Notes: generated by a model from the sequence alone, not told the origin. A DNA stretch of 24,206 nt from Deltaproteobacteria bacterium (GCA_017302875.1 JAFLCA010000037.1:1-24206), one strand, 5' to 3'; counted from the stretch's first letter, positions 1 through 11,929 are shown. Made by a program: numbers and translations.

Positions 1-861
1 ATAGTTCTAGTAAAGGTTTCGGTAATTCTGCTCTTTATCGGTTTCGGATTTCAGTACATTCAACCTGAAAACTTAACTCCCTTTATTCCGCCGACGGATG
101 CAGCGGGACATTTTGGTTGGAGCGGCATTGTCACAGGAGCCGGCGTCATTTTCTTTGCCTACATCGGATTTGATTCCGTATCTACGCTGGCCCAAGAAAC
201 TAAGGATCCGCAACGTGCAATGCCAATCGGCATCATCGGATCGCTGATCGTGTGCACCATACTGTATATTCTGGTGGCATTCGTGATGACTGGCATCGTG
301 AAGTACGACAAGCTCGGAGATCCGGCTCCGATTGCGGTGGCGGTAAACGCGGCCGGAGAGGGGTTGGCGTGGCTACGCCCGTTAATTAAGCTTGGGGCGA
401 TTGCAGGCTTGAGCTCGGTAGTATTAGTTCTAATGCTGGGCCAGCCGCGAATTTTCTACTGCATGGCCAACGACGGATTGCTACCTAAGATATTCGCAAA
501 AATGCATCCACGCTATGGAACCCCTTTCTTTAGCACCATGTTGACCGGGATTTTAGCCGGGCTGATCGCAGGATTCGTGCCGATCGGAATCCTCGGCGAA
601 CTAGTCTCTATTGGAACGCTGCTTGCCTTTGTCATCGTGTGCGCCGGCGTATGGGTGCTGCGTATCACCGATCCAAACGTACACCGACCTTTCCGTACTC
701 CTTGGGTTCCGGTGGTATCAACCTTAGGCGTGCTCGTTTCCGTCCTGCAGATGGCTTGGCTTCCATTTGATACCTGGATGCGGCTGCTTATCTGGATGGC
801 GCTCGGCCTTGTGATTTATTTCAGTTACGGGCGTCGACATAGCGTTATCTCGAACTCATAA
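1..861 (+). CDS. APC-superfamily amino acid permease, 5'-truncated by the window edge (C-terminal ~287 aa present)
   Basis: Frame 1 is open from base 1 to TAA at 859-861. The translation is a polytopic membrane protein with an APC/cationic amino-acid transporter-like C-terminus (GFDSVSTLAQETKDPQRAMP...FVIVCAGVWVLR). No start codon lies in the window, so the gene begins upstream. Confidence 0.85.
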   Translation: MVLVKVSVILLFIGFGFQYIQPENLTPFIPPTDAAGHFGWSGIVTGAGVIFFAYIGFDSVSTLAQETKDPQRAMPIGIIGSLIVCTILYILVAFVMTGIVKYDKLGDPAPIAVAVNAAGEGLAWLRPLIKLGAIAGLSSVVLVLMLGQPRIFYCMANDGLLPKIFAKMHPRYGTPFFSTMLTGILAGLIAGFVPIGILGELVSIGTLLAFVIVCAGVWVLRITDPNVHRPFRTPWVPVVSTLGVLVSVLQMAWLPFDTWMRLLIWMALGLVIYFSYGRRHSVISNS

Positions 862-954
862 GTTCATACTGCCCGAAGGGGTCTGCAAGCCTTGTCTGTT
901 CGGCTGTGCATGCTATCTTCTTACTCTAAATTCTGTATTACGTAGGGCTTTTAT

Positions 955-1614
955 ATGGATTTTGCCGCTCTGATAGATGTTTTCCTGCACGTCGATAAGC
1001 ATTTGGGAACCATCATCGAGACGTATCACGGCTGGACCTACCTAATTTTGTTCCTGGTAGTGTTTTGCGAAACGGGCTTGGTCGTGACGCCATTCTTGCC
1101 CGGAGATTCGCTACTATTCGCCACCGGAGCATTTGCTGCTCGTGGATCTCTTGAGCTTCATTCGATCGCGGGCCTGCTCTTCGTCGCTGCCGTTTTGGGT
1201 GACGCGGTTAATTATGCCATAGGGCATTACTTTGGACCGAAACTTTTGGAACGTCCAAACTCCAAAATTTTTCGAAAGGAATATTTGGATCGCACGCATC
1301 GCTTCTATGAAAAGTACGGCGGAAAAACAATCATATTTGCGCGCTTCGTTCCGATAGTGCGAACCTTTGCTCCGTTCCTTGCCGGCGTGGGAGCGATGAC
1401 CTACACAAAGTTTGCCCTCTACAATGTGACCGGAGCCGCTCTCTGGATTCTCCTATTCGTGTATGGCGGGTATATGTTCGGAGATTTGCCGTTCGTTCGA
1501 AAAAATTTCAGCCTTGTCATCCTCGCGATCATAATCTTGTCGGTACTTCCGGCGGTGATCGAGGTGTGGAAGGCAAAGAGAGAGAGTCGACAAGCACCAT
1601 CGGCGGCTAACTAG
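955..1614 (+). CDS. DedA-family (SNARE-associated/TVP38-like) inner-membrane protein
   Basis: 219-aa ORF with the DedA signature block [29 protein letters not shown] and the second conserved block [23 protein letters not shown]. Length and hydrophobicity fit DedA/YqjA-type proteins. Confidence 0.85.
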   Translation: MDFAALIDVFLHVDKHLGTIIETYHGWTYLILFLVVFCETGLVVTPFLPGDSLLFATGAFAARGSLELHSIAGLLFVAAVLGDAVNYAIGHYFGPKLLERPNSKIFRKEYLDRTHRFYEKYGGKTIIFARFVPIVRTFAPFLAGVGAMTYTKFALYNVTGAALWILLFVYGGYMFGDLPFVRKNFSLVILAIIILSVLPAVIEVWKAKRESRQAPSAAN

Positions 1615-1627
1615 AGCTTCTGGGCGC

Positions 1628-2668
1628 TCATTGCGATTCACGACTGCGCCCGCCCTCGAAAGGACTGCGTAAGCCTTGCGCAGAAAAAACGGCTTCTAGG
1701 TCGGGCAACACTCGAAAGATCTCTCCGCTGGAAGTTCCGGGAAGGCCGCTCTCGAAATCTCGTTCGGAAGGCATAAGGAAACGACAACTTTCGCCGGCGA
1801 ATTTCGATCGATACATCGCAACTCCAGCGAAAGTTCCGCCAAGAGCCGATGTTGCCAGACGCGCGTAATGCAGCGTAGTGCTGCCGCCAATCTGATCATC
1901 CACAAAAAGGACGCGCTTGCCCGATATCTGCTCGCACAGCACCTCGATGCTGACAGGCAGTTTGGGACGATTTTCCGCATCTACTCCGGAGTGGTGTCGC
2001 AATGGGGGCAGCTCCGTTGCCGGGATACCGGCATGTTCGAGAAATACGCCAAGAGCCACTCCAGAGCGCCCGGTAACAACACAGACATCAAAGTCCGCTC
2101 GCTTTGCCGCCAGCAAGTCCGTCAAACGCTGCATCGCAGGAGTAAACTCACGGTACGCAACGGGTACGAGATCGAGCTGTACGGCCCTATCTCCCGTAAT
2201 CTCAGGACGGAAATCTTGCGGAGTACTGGCTTCATGTAAGGACAAAGCTGGTCGGGCGACTTGAATACTTGTTGCCTCAGGTGTCCAAAGGAAGGCAGAA
2301 GCAGCCTGCATGAATGCTTCGGTTGCTGCAACTACATCAGAGCCTGCGCTTAGTTGAGAGCGGAGGTCTTGGGCTCGATCCCTCATGACAGTAGCCGCCT
2401 GTAAGGTGGTGCTTTCCAGTGAAGCTACCCCTTCGCCGGAATTTCGCCCGTTTATAAGTTCGGTAGCTGCGGAGGCTAGGCTCTGCAATGAAGTCGGGCT
2501 GGGCTCAGCACTGAAGAGGACAATCTCTCTAGCCTGAGCAACACAGTCAGATAAAAGACTCTGCAGCGAGGATGTCTGCAGGTCAGAACCCTGTCCAAGA
2601 AGTCGATTATCTGATGCAGCATCCACGTTAACGCGTCCCTTCCAAACCCACGAGGAGTGGCCACCCAA
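1628..2668 (-). CDS. Phosphoribosyltransferase-domain protein (type I PRT fold) with ~150-aa Ser/Thr/Ala/Gln-rich N-terminal extension
   Basis: The C-terminal half carries the PRPP-binding motif of type I PRTases (GKRVLFVDDQIGGSTTLHYA) after FDVCVVTGRSGVALGVFLEHAGIPA. The ORF starts at TTG(2668) immediately preceded on the minus strand by ACAGGAGGGGGAG, a strong Shine-Dalgarno at spacing ~5. The N-terminal third is low-complexity, and the domain boundaries are not verified by any search. Confidence 0.55.
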   Translation of the reverse strand: MGGHSSWVWKGRVNVDAASDNRLLGQGSDLQTSSLQSLLSDCVAQAREIVLFSAEPSPTSLQSLASAATELINGRNSGEGVASLESTTLQAATVMRDRAQDLRSQLSAGSDVVAATEAFMQAASAFLWTPEATSIQVARPALSLHEASTPQDFRPEITGDRAVQLDLVPVAYREFTPAMQRLTDLLAAKRADFDVCVVTGRSGVALGVFLEHAGIPATELPPLRHHSGVDAENRPKLPVSIEVLCEQISGKRVLFVDDQIGGSTTLHYARLATSALGGTFAGVAMYRSKFAGESCRFLMPSERDFESGLPGTSSGEIFRVLPDLEAVFSAQGLRSPFEGGRSRESQ

Positions 2669-2726
2669 CTCCCCCTCCTGTTATGGGGTATTCTAGTGGC
2701 CGTGTTTCCTGGGCATGAAAGGCCCA

Positions 2727-2768
2727 AAAAAGAAGGGCCTGCAGGAAGAAATTCTTCCCGCAGGCCCA
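2727..2768 (-). terminator. Rho-independent terminator downstream of hppA
   Basis: GC-rich inverted repeat gggcctgcaggaagaa/ttcttcccgcaggccc at 2736-2768 with one mismatch. On the minus strand it is followed by TTCTTTTTTGGG (2727-2735). It lies 30 bp after the hppA stop. Confidence 0.6.
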
Positions 2769-2797
2769 ATCACTTTCAGCGTATAAGCTGCTAGCGC

Positions 2798-5275
<2,478 letters not shown>

Positions 5276-5529
5276 AGTTAAGTCCCAAACAGTAGGTATA
5301 TAAACAAAGCGCCCCATTATTAGCGAAATAGGGCAGTTAGGTAAAGACTAGGTAGCTTTGGGGGACGCCGAGGCCAGCGGTTGAGCTTTATAACTTAGGG
5401 ATCTAATAACCTAGACCAAAAAGAGCTTATATTTCAATAGCATAGCTCTCATTGCTCGACTTTACCGGGAGCGCGTCGCATACCATGTAACTTTTGCTAT
5501 GCGGATTGGACTGTTGAGGGCCTGCCCTT

Positions 5530-6084
5530 CTATTTACTCAATAGCTTTTTCGCGAGCCTCTCTGCATCTCCCATCAATCTAGCTTGGTCAACATTCGCGG
5601 CCAGAATGTGTTCGGGCTGAACTTCGAGCTCAAAAAACGATCGTTCACTGCCAAGACCATTCCTCCCATCTCTTAGAACCCCGGAGGCTCTGAAGGCACT
5701 GTTCCAAGATACAGTTAATCCGTCTGCATTAATTGCGATGTAGCTAAGGGCTCCGTCATCTATGTCCTCCGGCTGAAGTTTGCAATGAAACTCATCACCA
5801 ACAAAGTAAGCAGAATTTGTAAGCCGCGCATGCTCTCGGATTGCTAGGAGCAGTGGATCCGTTTGGCAAAGCCGTTGAAGCTCTAATAGGGTTCGTGCTG
5901 CCTCCGGTAATCTCGTTAAGTTTTCAGAGGAAAGTGACAAATGCTGCTGCTCTAACTTTTCATTTGCTGCCGTAAGCGCTCTCGCTAGGGGTTCCCTCGA
6001 CGCAGGATTCGAATCTTTTTCGCATCCCGCCAGGATCGCAGCTCCCATGGTCGTTACCACCGCACCGGCAATTTTTAGATCCAT
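5530..6084 (-). CDS. Hypothetical lipoprotein (184 aa)
   Basis: ATG at 6084 is preceded by GGAGGT at spacing ~3. The N-terminus MDLKIAGAVVTTMGAAILAGC has a canonical lipobox (L-A-G-C). I recognise no conserved domain. Confidence 0.6.
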   Translation of the reverse strand: MDLKIAGAVVTTMGAAILAGCEKDSNPASREPLARALTAANEKLEQQHLSLSSENLTRLPEAARTLLELQRLCQTDPLLLAIREHARLTNSAYFVGDEFHCKLQPEDIDDGALSYIAINADGLTVSWNSAFRASGVLRDGRNGLGSERSFFELEVQPEHILAANVDQARLMGDAERLAKKLLSK

Positions 6085-6408
6085 ATGACCTCCAGAAAGA
6101 AAACTACGCGCCCCGACATGCCCTACTTACTCTTCCGGTCACGGCGGAAACGCTACATTCGTGCGAACAACATGATTGGTTATTGATGCTTCATCTTCAT
6201 GAGTTACATATAAATGCATTCTATAAGCACTTTTTTGCTTCGAGATATCACCCTAACTTGCTGTATTTATACATATTGTTCTGATGTGTGGAGAATTCCG
6301 GTCTCAACTTATGGCCTAATGATTCGGATCTCAAAGGCCGTCGGCAGAACCACCCAAATATCGCTTCAGGGGTAGGTAAAGGCGAACTCATTTGCTAGAA
6401 AGATACGC

Positions 6409-8277
6409 ATGGTCAGTGCCATTCAAAAAATGATTATCGGTAATCCCTTACCGACCAAAGCCCATGAACATGAACGACTTAGCAAGACAAAAGCTTTGGC
6501 GGTCTTTTCATCCGATGCCTTGTCGTCCGTCGCGTACGCTACGGAAGAAATTCTCTTGGTACTTGTGCTGGCCGGCACTGGAGCCTTGGCGGTCTCGATG
6601 CCGATTGCAGTCGTCATCTGCATTCTTCTTGTCTTGGTTGTCTCCTCTTATTACCAGACCATTCAAGCTTACCCAGCAGGGGCTGGGTCCTATAACGTCT
6701 CACGTGAAAACCTGGGCACAACTGCCAGCCTTATCGCAGCAGCTGCGTTGTTGGTGGATTACGTCCTCACGGTAGCGGTGAGTATATCTGCCGGTGTGGT
6801 TGCTCTCACCTCAGCCTTTCCCGAGCTTCTGCCTTGGAAAGTTAAAATCGGGCTTCTGCTTATCGCGCTCATTACCTTAGGCAACCTGCGAGGAGTCAGA
6901 GAATCTGGCACCATCTTTGCCATCCCAACCTACATATTCATTGCAAGCTTCAGTTTGCTGATTGTGGCTGGATTATTCCGGCTTTGGACGGGAGACCTGG
7001 TGATGCCGACCGGAGTTGCTGCCGTCTCAGAATTTGCCTCCAATCATGCCGAACTTACCTGGCTACTGATTTTGCGAGCATTTGCCTCTGGGTGCACCGC
7101 ACTCACCGGAATTGAAGCCATTAGCGATGGTGTGCCCGCCTTTCGTAAACCTGAGAGCCGTAACGCTGGCATCACCCTGATACTAATGGGTGTGCTGTTA
7201 ACGACGATGTTCGTTGGAATTACCTACCTCGCCAGTCAGCTCCATATCGTACCACGGCACGATGAGAGCGTCGTTTCACAAATTGCGCGCCATATCTTCG
7301 GCAATGGCTGGATGTATTTCCTCCTGCAGGCTTCGACGACATTGATTTTGATCTTAGCGGCGAACACCTCCTTTGCAGATTTTCCGCGTCTTGCTCAGTT
7401 CGTGGCCCGCGACGGTTTCTTGCCACGCCAAATGACCAACCTTGGGGATCGGCTCGTGTACTCCAATGGCGTCGGAGTGCTCGCTATTTTGGCGTCCCTA
7501 CTCGTTTGGTTTTTCCACGGCAACCCGCATCGCTTAATTCCATTATATGCCGTCGGAGTATTCTTGTCGTTCACGCTCTCACAGGCAGGCATGGTTCGCC
7601 GTTGGCAGAAGATCGGCGGGAAACATTGGCAGTTAAAAGCAGTCATCAATGGAATAGGCGCTCTTGCTACGGGAATCGTGCTGCTCATCATCATCGAGAG
7701 CAAGTTTCTTTACGGTGCCTGGATCGTCCTCGCGATTATCCCGCTCCTAATCTGGATGTTCTGGAAGATTAAATGGCACTACATCCAGGTTGATCGCGAG
7801 GTCTCCGCGATTGGGCAGGATTTGGTCACGACACACTCCCTCAGCTCCGAGCGGCAGTACAAAGTCATCATCCCGGTCTCGCAGATAAATCGCGCCACCC
7901 TTGGCGCCTTGCAGTTCGCGCGGTCACTCTCGAAAGACGTTACTGCGGTAATGGTAGATATCGATCCGGCAAAAACTCAGTCGCTCAAGGAAAACTGGTC
8001 GATCAAAGTTCCCGACATTCAGTTGGTGGTTCTTGACTCCCCATATCGCTCGGTTATCGATCCCTTGCTGGAGTATCTGGATGAAGTGGATGATCGCGAT
8101 CCTGATCGAGGATTAGCGGTAGTAGTGCTGCCGGAAGTCGTCCCTTCGCGCTGGTGGCATAACCTTCTGCATAATCAGACAGCCTTGCTCCTGAAGGGCG
8201 TGCTACTGTATCGCGGAAGCCACTCTGGACACGAACGAATCGTGATCAATGTTCCGTATCGGCCGCGTATTTCCTAA
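6409..8277 (+). CDS. APC-family amino acid transporter with C-terminal cytoplasmic universal-stress-protein-like domain
   Basis: 622 aa. The N-terminal region GNPLPTKAHEHERLSKTKALAVFSSDALSSVAYATEEIL and about 12 TM segments are typical of the long APC permeases of Actinobacteria and Acidobacteria. The last ~170 aa (VIIPVSQINRATLGALQFARSL...TAVMVDID...VVVLPEVVPSRWW) resemble a Usp/adenine-nucleotide-alpha-hydrolase fold. Confidence 0.85.
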   Translation: MVSAIQKMIIGNPLPTKAHEHERLSKTKALAVFSSDALSSVAYATEEILLVLVLAGTGALAVSMPIAVVICILLVLVVSSYYQTIQAYPAGAGSYNVSRENLGTTASLIAAAALLVDYVLTVAVSISAGVVALTSAFPELLPWKVKIGLLLIALITLGNLRGVRESGTIFAIPTYIFIASFSLLIVAGLFRLWTGDLVMPTGVAAVSEFASNHAELTWLLILRAFASGCTALTGIEAISDGVPAFRKPESRNAGITLILMGVLLTTMFVGITYLASQLHIVPRHDESVVSQIARHIFGNGWMYFLLQASTTLILILAANTSFADFPRLAQFVARDGFLPRQMTNLGDRLVYSNGVGVLAILASLLVWFFHGNPHRLIPLYAVGVFLSFTLSQAGMVRRWQKIGGKHWQLKAVINGIGALATGIVLLIIIESKFLYGAWIVLAIIPLLIWMFWKIKWHYIQVDREVSAIGQDLVTTHSLSSERQYKVIIPVSQINRATLGALQFARSLSKDVTAVMVDIDPAKTQSLKENWSIKVPDIQLVVLDSPYRSVIDPLLEYLDEVDDRDPDRGLAVVVLPEVVPSRWWHNLLHNQTALLLKGVLLYRGSHSGHERIVINVPYRPRIS

Positions 8278-8298
8278 TCGGATTGATCAGGCTGCGTG

Positions 8299-9564
8299 CT
8301 AACGAATCAGCGCAATCGTCGATTGAATTAGCTGATTTGCTGCGCCAAAGGTCTGCGAATTAGCCTGATAGCCGCGCTGGTAAAGCACCAGATCCACAAA
8401 CTGATTAGCCAAATCGACCGTGGAGCGTTCCAGTGACGCGGATTCCAACGTTCCTGTTCCCTCCGATCCGGGATTCGAAATCACCGGTTTGCCGGACGAA
8501 TCGCTGGTGCGAAATGCGGCGTTGCCGGCACGTTGCAAGCCATCGACATTGGGGAACTGCGCGAGCTGAACGGTACCGATTTGCACGATGGTGCCGTTAT
8601 CCATTACCGCGTTGAGCTGTCCAGTCTTTAGAAACTCATAGGACTTTACGTTACCCGCACTTTGGCCGTCCTGCGTAAGGCTATTTACGCCCGAACTCCC
8701 GGCGAACTGTGAGAACGAGGAGAGATCGATTGTAAAGTTGCCTGCTGCCGCTCCGCCGGTATACGCTGCATTGACCGTCATCTTTGCCGCGGCTTTATCA
8801 GCGTCGAGGATCACGCCGCTTGAGCTGAACGCGAGCGTCGTCGCCGATCCCACTTCGACGGGCACTCCTGCGGTCTGTCCGAGATCACCGCCGTCCATGT
8901 AAGCATGGGCAGTCCAGCTATTCGATGCTCCTTTAAAGAAAGCTAGCGTGACTCCGTGCGAAACGCCTAAACTATCATGAACTTCTAGACTTGGAACAAC
9001 AAACGAAGCTGCTGAAGTTATCTCATTAAAAGTCGCAGGAGTCGTAGGGACCGTGGAAACGGCAGCGCTGCTATTCAAATTTCCGAACAACGCAACAGCG
9101 CTGGTCGGGGACCCAGCGGCGGCTATGTTTTTAAGATTGAGCGTGCCAAGAGTTGTCCCGCTGCCCTGCAATCCGAGGATCGGCTGACCATCAGCGGTAA
9201 CCAGAAGACCTTCTGAATTAATGGAAAAGTTTCCGGCTCGCGTATAGAGCGGCGATTCAATGTCGCCGCTCATAAAGAATCCATCGCCGGCAATACCGAC
9301 GTCCAATGGCCGACCGGTAGCCTCAATCACCCCAGTCTCGTGAATTTGACGTACTCGATTTACCTGCACGCCGCTTCCTGCCTGAGGCAGCGCATCAGGG
9401 AAAGTTGCATCCTTACCCGCAGCAAATAGATCGCCGAACTCTACGCGTGACGTTTTGTACGCAGTGGTGTTCGAGTTGGCGATATTATCGCCGACGACAG
9501 CAATTGCTTGACCATTAGCAGTCAGGCCTTCTTTGCTGGAGAACAATGCCGATTCGATCCTCAT
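8299..9564 (-). CDS. flgE: Flagellar hook protein FlgE
   Basis: The conserved flagellar rod/hook N-terminal helix MRIESALFSSKEGLTANGQAIAVVGDNIANSNTTAYK and the C-terminal helix STVDLANQFVDLVLYQRGYQANSQTFGAANQLIQSTIALIR are both present. ATG at 9564 is preceded by AAGGA at spacing ~7. The longer ORF in the supplied track (start 9780) adds an unconserved 72-aa extension and is rejected. Confidence 0.85.
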   Translation of the reverse strand: MRIESALFSSKEGLTANGQAIAVVGDNIANSNTTAYKTSRVEFGDLFAAGKDATFPDALPQAGSGVQVNRVRQIHETGVIEATGRPLDVGIAGDGFFMSGDIESPLYTRAGNFSINSEGLLVTADGQPILGLQGSGTTLGTLNLKNIAAAGSPTSAVALFGNLNSSAAVSTVPTTPATFNEITSAASFVVPSLEVHDSLGVSHGVTLAFFKGASNSWTAHAYMDGGDLGQTAGVPVEVGSATTLAFSSSGVILDADKAAAKMTVNAAYTGGAAAGNFTIDLSSFSQFAGSSGVNSLTQDGQSAGNVKSYEFLKTGQLNAVMDNGTIVQIGTVQLAQFPNVDGLQRAGNAAFRTSDSSGKPVISNPGSEGTGTLESASLERSTVDLANQFVDLVLYQRGYQANSQTFGAANQLIQSTIALIR

Positions 9565-9789
9565 GTCTATCCTTGCCGAGTGAGGTAAAACCTTCCGAAT
9601 TTTCAGTACTACCAAAGCGCCAAGGAAAACCCTTTCCCATAAGGCACTTAGGCTTTGCGCTCGTCTATTTGGAACGCTCGCCACCCGGAAAATAATTCCT
9701 TTTTGCCGGGCTTTTGGTACTACCTGCCAAGGTAAGAGCAAGGACTCTGCCAACCCTGAAGCTGGGGTTGTAAGCGTCAACGCAGGACG

Positions 9790-9839
9790 CCGACAAAGAA
9801 TGGAAAGGGGGGACGGACCACTGTGGTTGACGTCCCCCC
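9790..9839 (-). terminator. Rho-independent terminator downstream of the flotillin-like gene
   Basis: 9-bp GC stem ggggggacg/cgtcccccc (9807-9815 and 9831-9839) with a 15-nt loop. On the minus strand it is followed by TTTCCATTCTTTG. It lies about 105 bp after the stop of the 9944..11929 gene. Confidence 0.6.
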
Positions 9840-9943
9840 GATTTGTACCTTCTCAAAAACGCCGGCTTTCACCGTCGTTAGGAAGGGGAGTTAACAGGAC
9901 GAAGTCGCTTGTCCCGACGAAGTCCGCTTAGGACGAAGTCGGA

Positions 9944-11929
9944 TTAGGCCTTCGGGGCATCGGTAGCAGCCGCGTCAGCGGAAGCCCCGGCACCCTTGTT
10001 GCCATCCTTCAGCACCGCACCAAGAACTGCAGGATCAACGTTGACCCCGAGCTTGGTGGCGAGCTTCTGTGCGAGAACAGCGAGAGCCGTGGTGCCCATG
10101 CCGGCGAGATTCTTCATCTCCTCCGGAACGGATCCGTTCAGCCCTTCCATCCACGTGCCAGTCGCCTGACCCGTGAACAGCTGACCAAGCATGCGCTGCA
10201 TGGTGGTCGGATCGCCGAAGACCTTGATGTCGGCCTGCGCGAACGCGCCTGCGATGGCTTGCGCCGCCGCAACACGCGCGTCCTTCTCAGCCGCAATCCG
10301 CGCGAGTTCAACACTCAGCTCGCGCGCGATCTTCTCGTTCTTGCTCTGGCCCTCGAGCTTCTTGATGTCAACGTCGACCTGGGCGCTGTTGACAGCGACC
10401 TGCGCCTCGTTGACCTGCACGGGAACCATTTGCACAGCCTTCTCGCCCTCAGCCTTGCGAACCAAGGACTCCTTCTCGCCTTCGGCCTTGAGGACAAGGG
10501 ATTCCTTGTCCGCTTGAGCCAGTGCGATGCGAGCCTCGGCTTGCAGCGACGCCGCCTGTTGCGCCGCCTCGGCTTCCTTCGTCACCTTGTAGGCAGCGAC
10601 GTCAGTGCTGACGTTCTGCTCAAGGCGAGTGCGTTCAGCCTCGGCCTGCTTGGCGATGATCGAGGACTCCTTGTCACGGTTGGCTTCCGCGACCTTGGCG
10701 ACGGTGAGGACTGCCTGCTCGGCTTCCTGGCGGCCCTTTTCGGCCACCAGTTGCGCCGCCTGAGCATCCGCCCGCCGCTTCTCGGCCTCGGCCACGGCGA
10801 TCGCCTTCTCGCGCTGTGCGAGTTCGAGCGCCTTGTCCTTAGCAACCTGAGCAACGGCTTCGGCTTCCAGCTTCTGCTGTTCCGCCACCGCCACTGCCTT
10901 GGTCTGCTCGACCACTGCGACCTGCACGGCCTGCTCCGCCTTCGCCTTGGTGACGTCGGCTTCGCGGGCACGCTCGGCAGCAGCCGCCTTGGCCTTGGCT
11001 TCCGCCTCAGCCTTAGCGATGGCCTTGTTCGCCTCCGTCTCGGCGACGATCTTGGCCTGTTCGAGCTCCTGCGCCTGAACGAGGCGCGCGGTGTCCACGT
11101 CCTGCTTCTTGATGTCCTGCTGCGCCTTACGCTCGATGGCGTTGCGCTCGACGTTGCGCTGATTGACCTGAGTCGCAATGGTGAGGCGACCTTCGGCATC
11201 GAACACACTGTCTGCACGCATAGCCTCGAGCGGGGCCTGATCAAGATGGCTGACGTTCACCGACTCGAGCTTCAGACCGTTGGACGCCAGTTCCGGTTGC
11301 ATGATGGCCTGCACCGCTTCCTGGAATCCCTTGCGATCTTCGTTCAACTCAGCGAGCGTCTTCGTGGCGGCCACCTGACGGAGGCTAGCCACGATCTTGT
11401 CGTTCACCAGGTTGGTGACCCGCTCTTCCTCACCCGACCAGTTGCCGAGCGACTTCGCCGCGGCCTTGATCGACTCCTCGTCCTTCTGAACGTGGATGAA
11501 GAAGGCTGCGACCACATCGGCTCGCAGCTTGTCCTTCGTGAGCAGAGACTCGCTGCCCTTGCGCGCCACCTCGATCTTCATCGTGTGGAGCGGAACGCGC
11601 GTGGTCTCGTGAAGCACGGGGATGATGATGGCACCACCATCGATCACCACTCGCGGTCCGCCCATGCCGGTCTTGAGGATGGCCTCATCCGGCTTGGTCT
11701 TGACGTACAGCGTGGTGACGATGAGCAGGATGGCGCTCAAGACCATGAGCACGAGGCCGAAGCCCATGATCATAGTCTTGCTCATGCCGGGCAGATACTG
11801 CGCCGGCACGAACCAGGGAGCGACAGTCGCCGCGAGTCCGAGGAGGATGCCGATCACGAAGAACGGCGCACCCCCGGAGCCCGAAGACGACGAAGACGGA
11901 CGATATTGACGCGATTCAAACTGTGCCAT
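9944..11929 (-). CDS. Flotillin-like SPFH/band-7 protein (YqiK/FloT-like) with long Ala/Glu/Lys-rich coiled-coil
   Basis: An N-terminal TM segment is followed by an SPFH domain (ILKTGMGGPRVVIDGGAIIIPVLHETTRVPLHTMKIEVA...). Downstream are several hundred aa of EA-rich heptad repeats (AEAEAKAKAAAAERARE...), as in flotillins. ATG at 11929 is preceded by GAAGGAG at spacing 7. It is downstream of an NfeD-like gene, matching the yqiJ-yqiK arrangement of E. coli. Confidence 0.88.
   Translation of the reverse strand: MAQFESRQYRPSSSSSGSGGAPFFVIGILLGLAATVAPWFVPAQYLPGMSKTMIMGFGLVLMVLSAILLIVTTLYVKTKPDEAILKTGMGGPRVVIDGGAIIIPVLHETTRVPLHTMKIEVARKGSESLLTKDKLRADVVAAFFIHVQKDEESIKAAAKSLGNWSGEEERVTNLVNDKIVASLRQVAATKTLAELNEDRKGFQEAVQAIMQPELASNGLKLESVNVSHLDQAPLEAMRADSVFDAEGRLTIATQVNQRNVERNAIERKAQQDIKKQDVDTARLVQAQELEQAKIVAETEANKAIAKAEAEAKAKAAAAERAREADVTKAKAEQAVQVAVVEQTKAVAVAEQQKLEAEAVAQVAKDKALELAQREKAIAVAEAEKRRADAQAAQLVAEKGRQEAEQAVLTVAKVAEANRDKESSIIAKQAEAERTRLEQNVSTDVAAYKVTKEAEAAQQAASLQAEARIALAQADKESLVLKAEGEKESLVRKAEGEKAVQMVPVQVNEAQVAVNSAQVDVDIKKLEGQSKNEKIARELSVELARIAAEKDARVAAAQAIAGAFAQADIKVFGDPTTMQRMLGQLFTGQATGTWMEGLNGSVPEEMKNLAGMGTTALAVLAQKLATKLGVNVDPAVLGAVLKDGNKGAGASADAAATDAPKA
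10440..10505. repeat. Imperfect 33-nt tandem direct repeat inside the flotillin coiled-coil coding region
   Basis: ttctcgccctcagccttgcgaaccaaggactcc followed by ttctcgccttcggccttgaggacaagggattcc. It encodes the duplicated peptide KESLV(L/R)KAEGE on the minus strand. This is a coding repeat, not a CRISPR array. Confidence 0.6.

Noticed and set aside
1868-2331. Several 70-120-aa + and - strand ORFs inside the PRTase gene
   Set aside because: They overlap a CDS that carries a recognisable PRPP-binding motif and a strong SD. They have no start context.
5500-5529. agggcctgccct hairpin downstream of the lipoprotein gene as a terminator
   Set aside because: The stem has only 4-5 bp with a 2-4-nt loop and no U-tract on the minus strand.
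5995-6015. tRNA-like T-loop string ggattcgaatc
   Set aside because: It lies inside the lipoprotein CDS. Flanking sequence cannot form an acceptor or T stem, and there is no CCA or cloverleaf.
9565-9780. 72-aa N-terminal extension of flgE in the supplied ORF (start 9780)
   Set aside because: The conserved FlgE N-terminus begins at MRIESALF (ATG 9564) with an AAGGA SD. The extension has no similarity to hook proteins, and it overlaps the leader and promoter region.
9565-9780. sigma54 (-24/-12) or sigma28 promoter upstream of flgE
   Set aside because: The best candidates (TGGCAGGTAGTACC, TGGCGCTTTGG) fail GG-N10-GC spacing or lack TTGC. No TAAA-N15-GCCGATAA match was found. I left it uncalled rather than force it.
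10440-10505. Possible CRISPR or other non-coding tandem repeat
   Set aside because: Only two 33-nt units sit back-to-back without spacers, and they translate in-frame into the flotillin heptad repeats.
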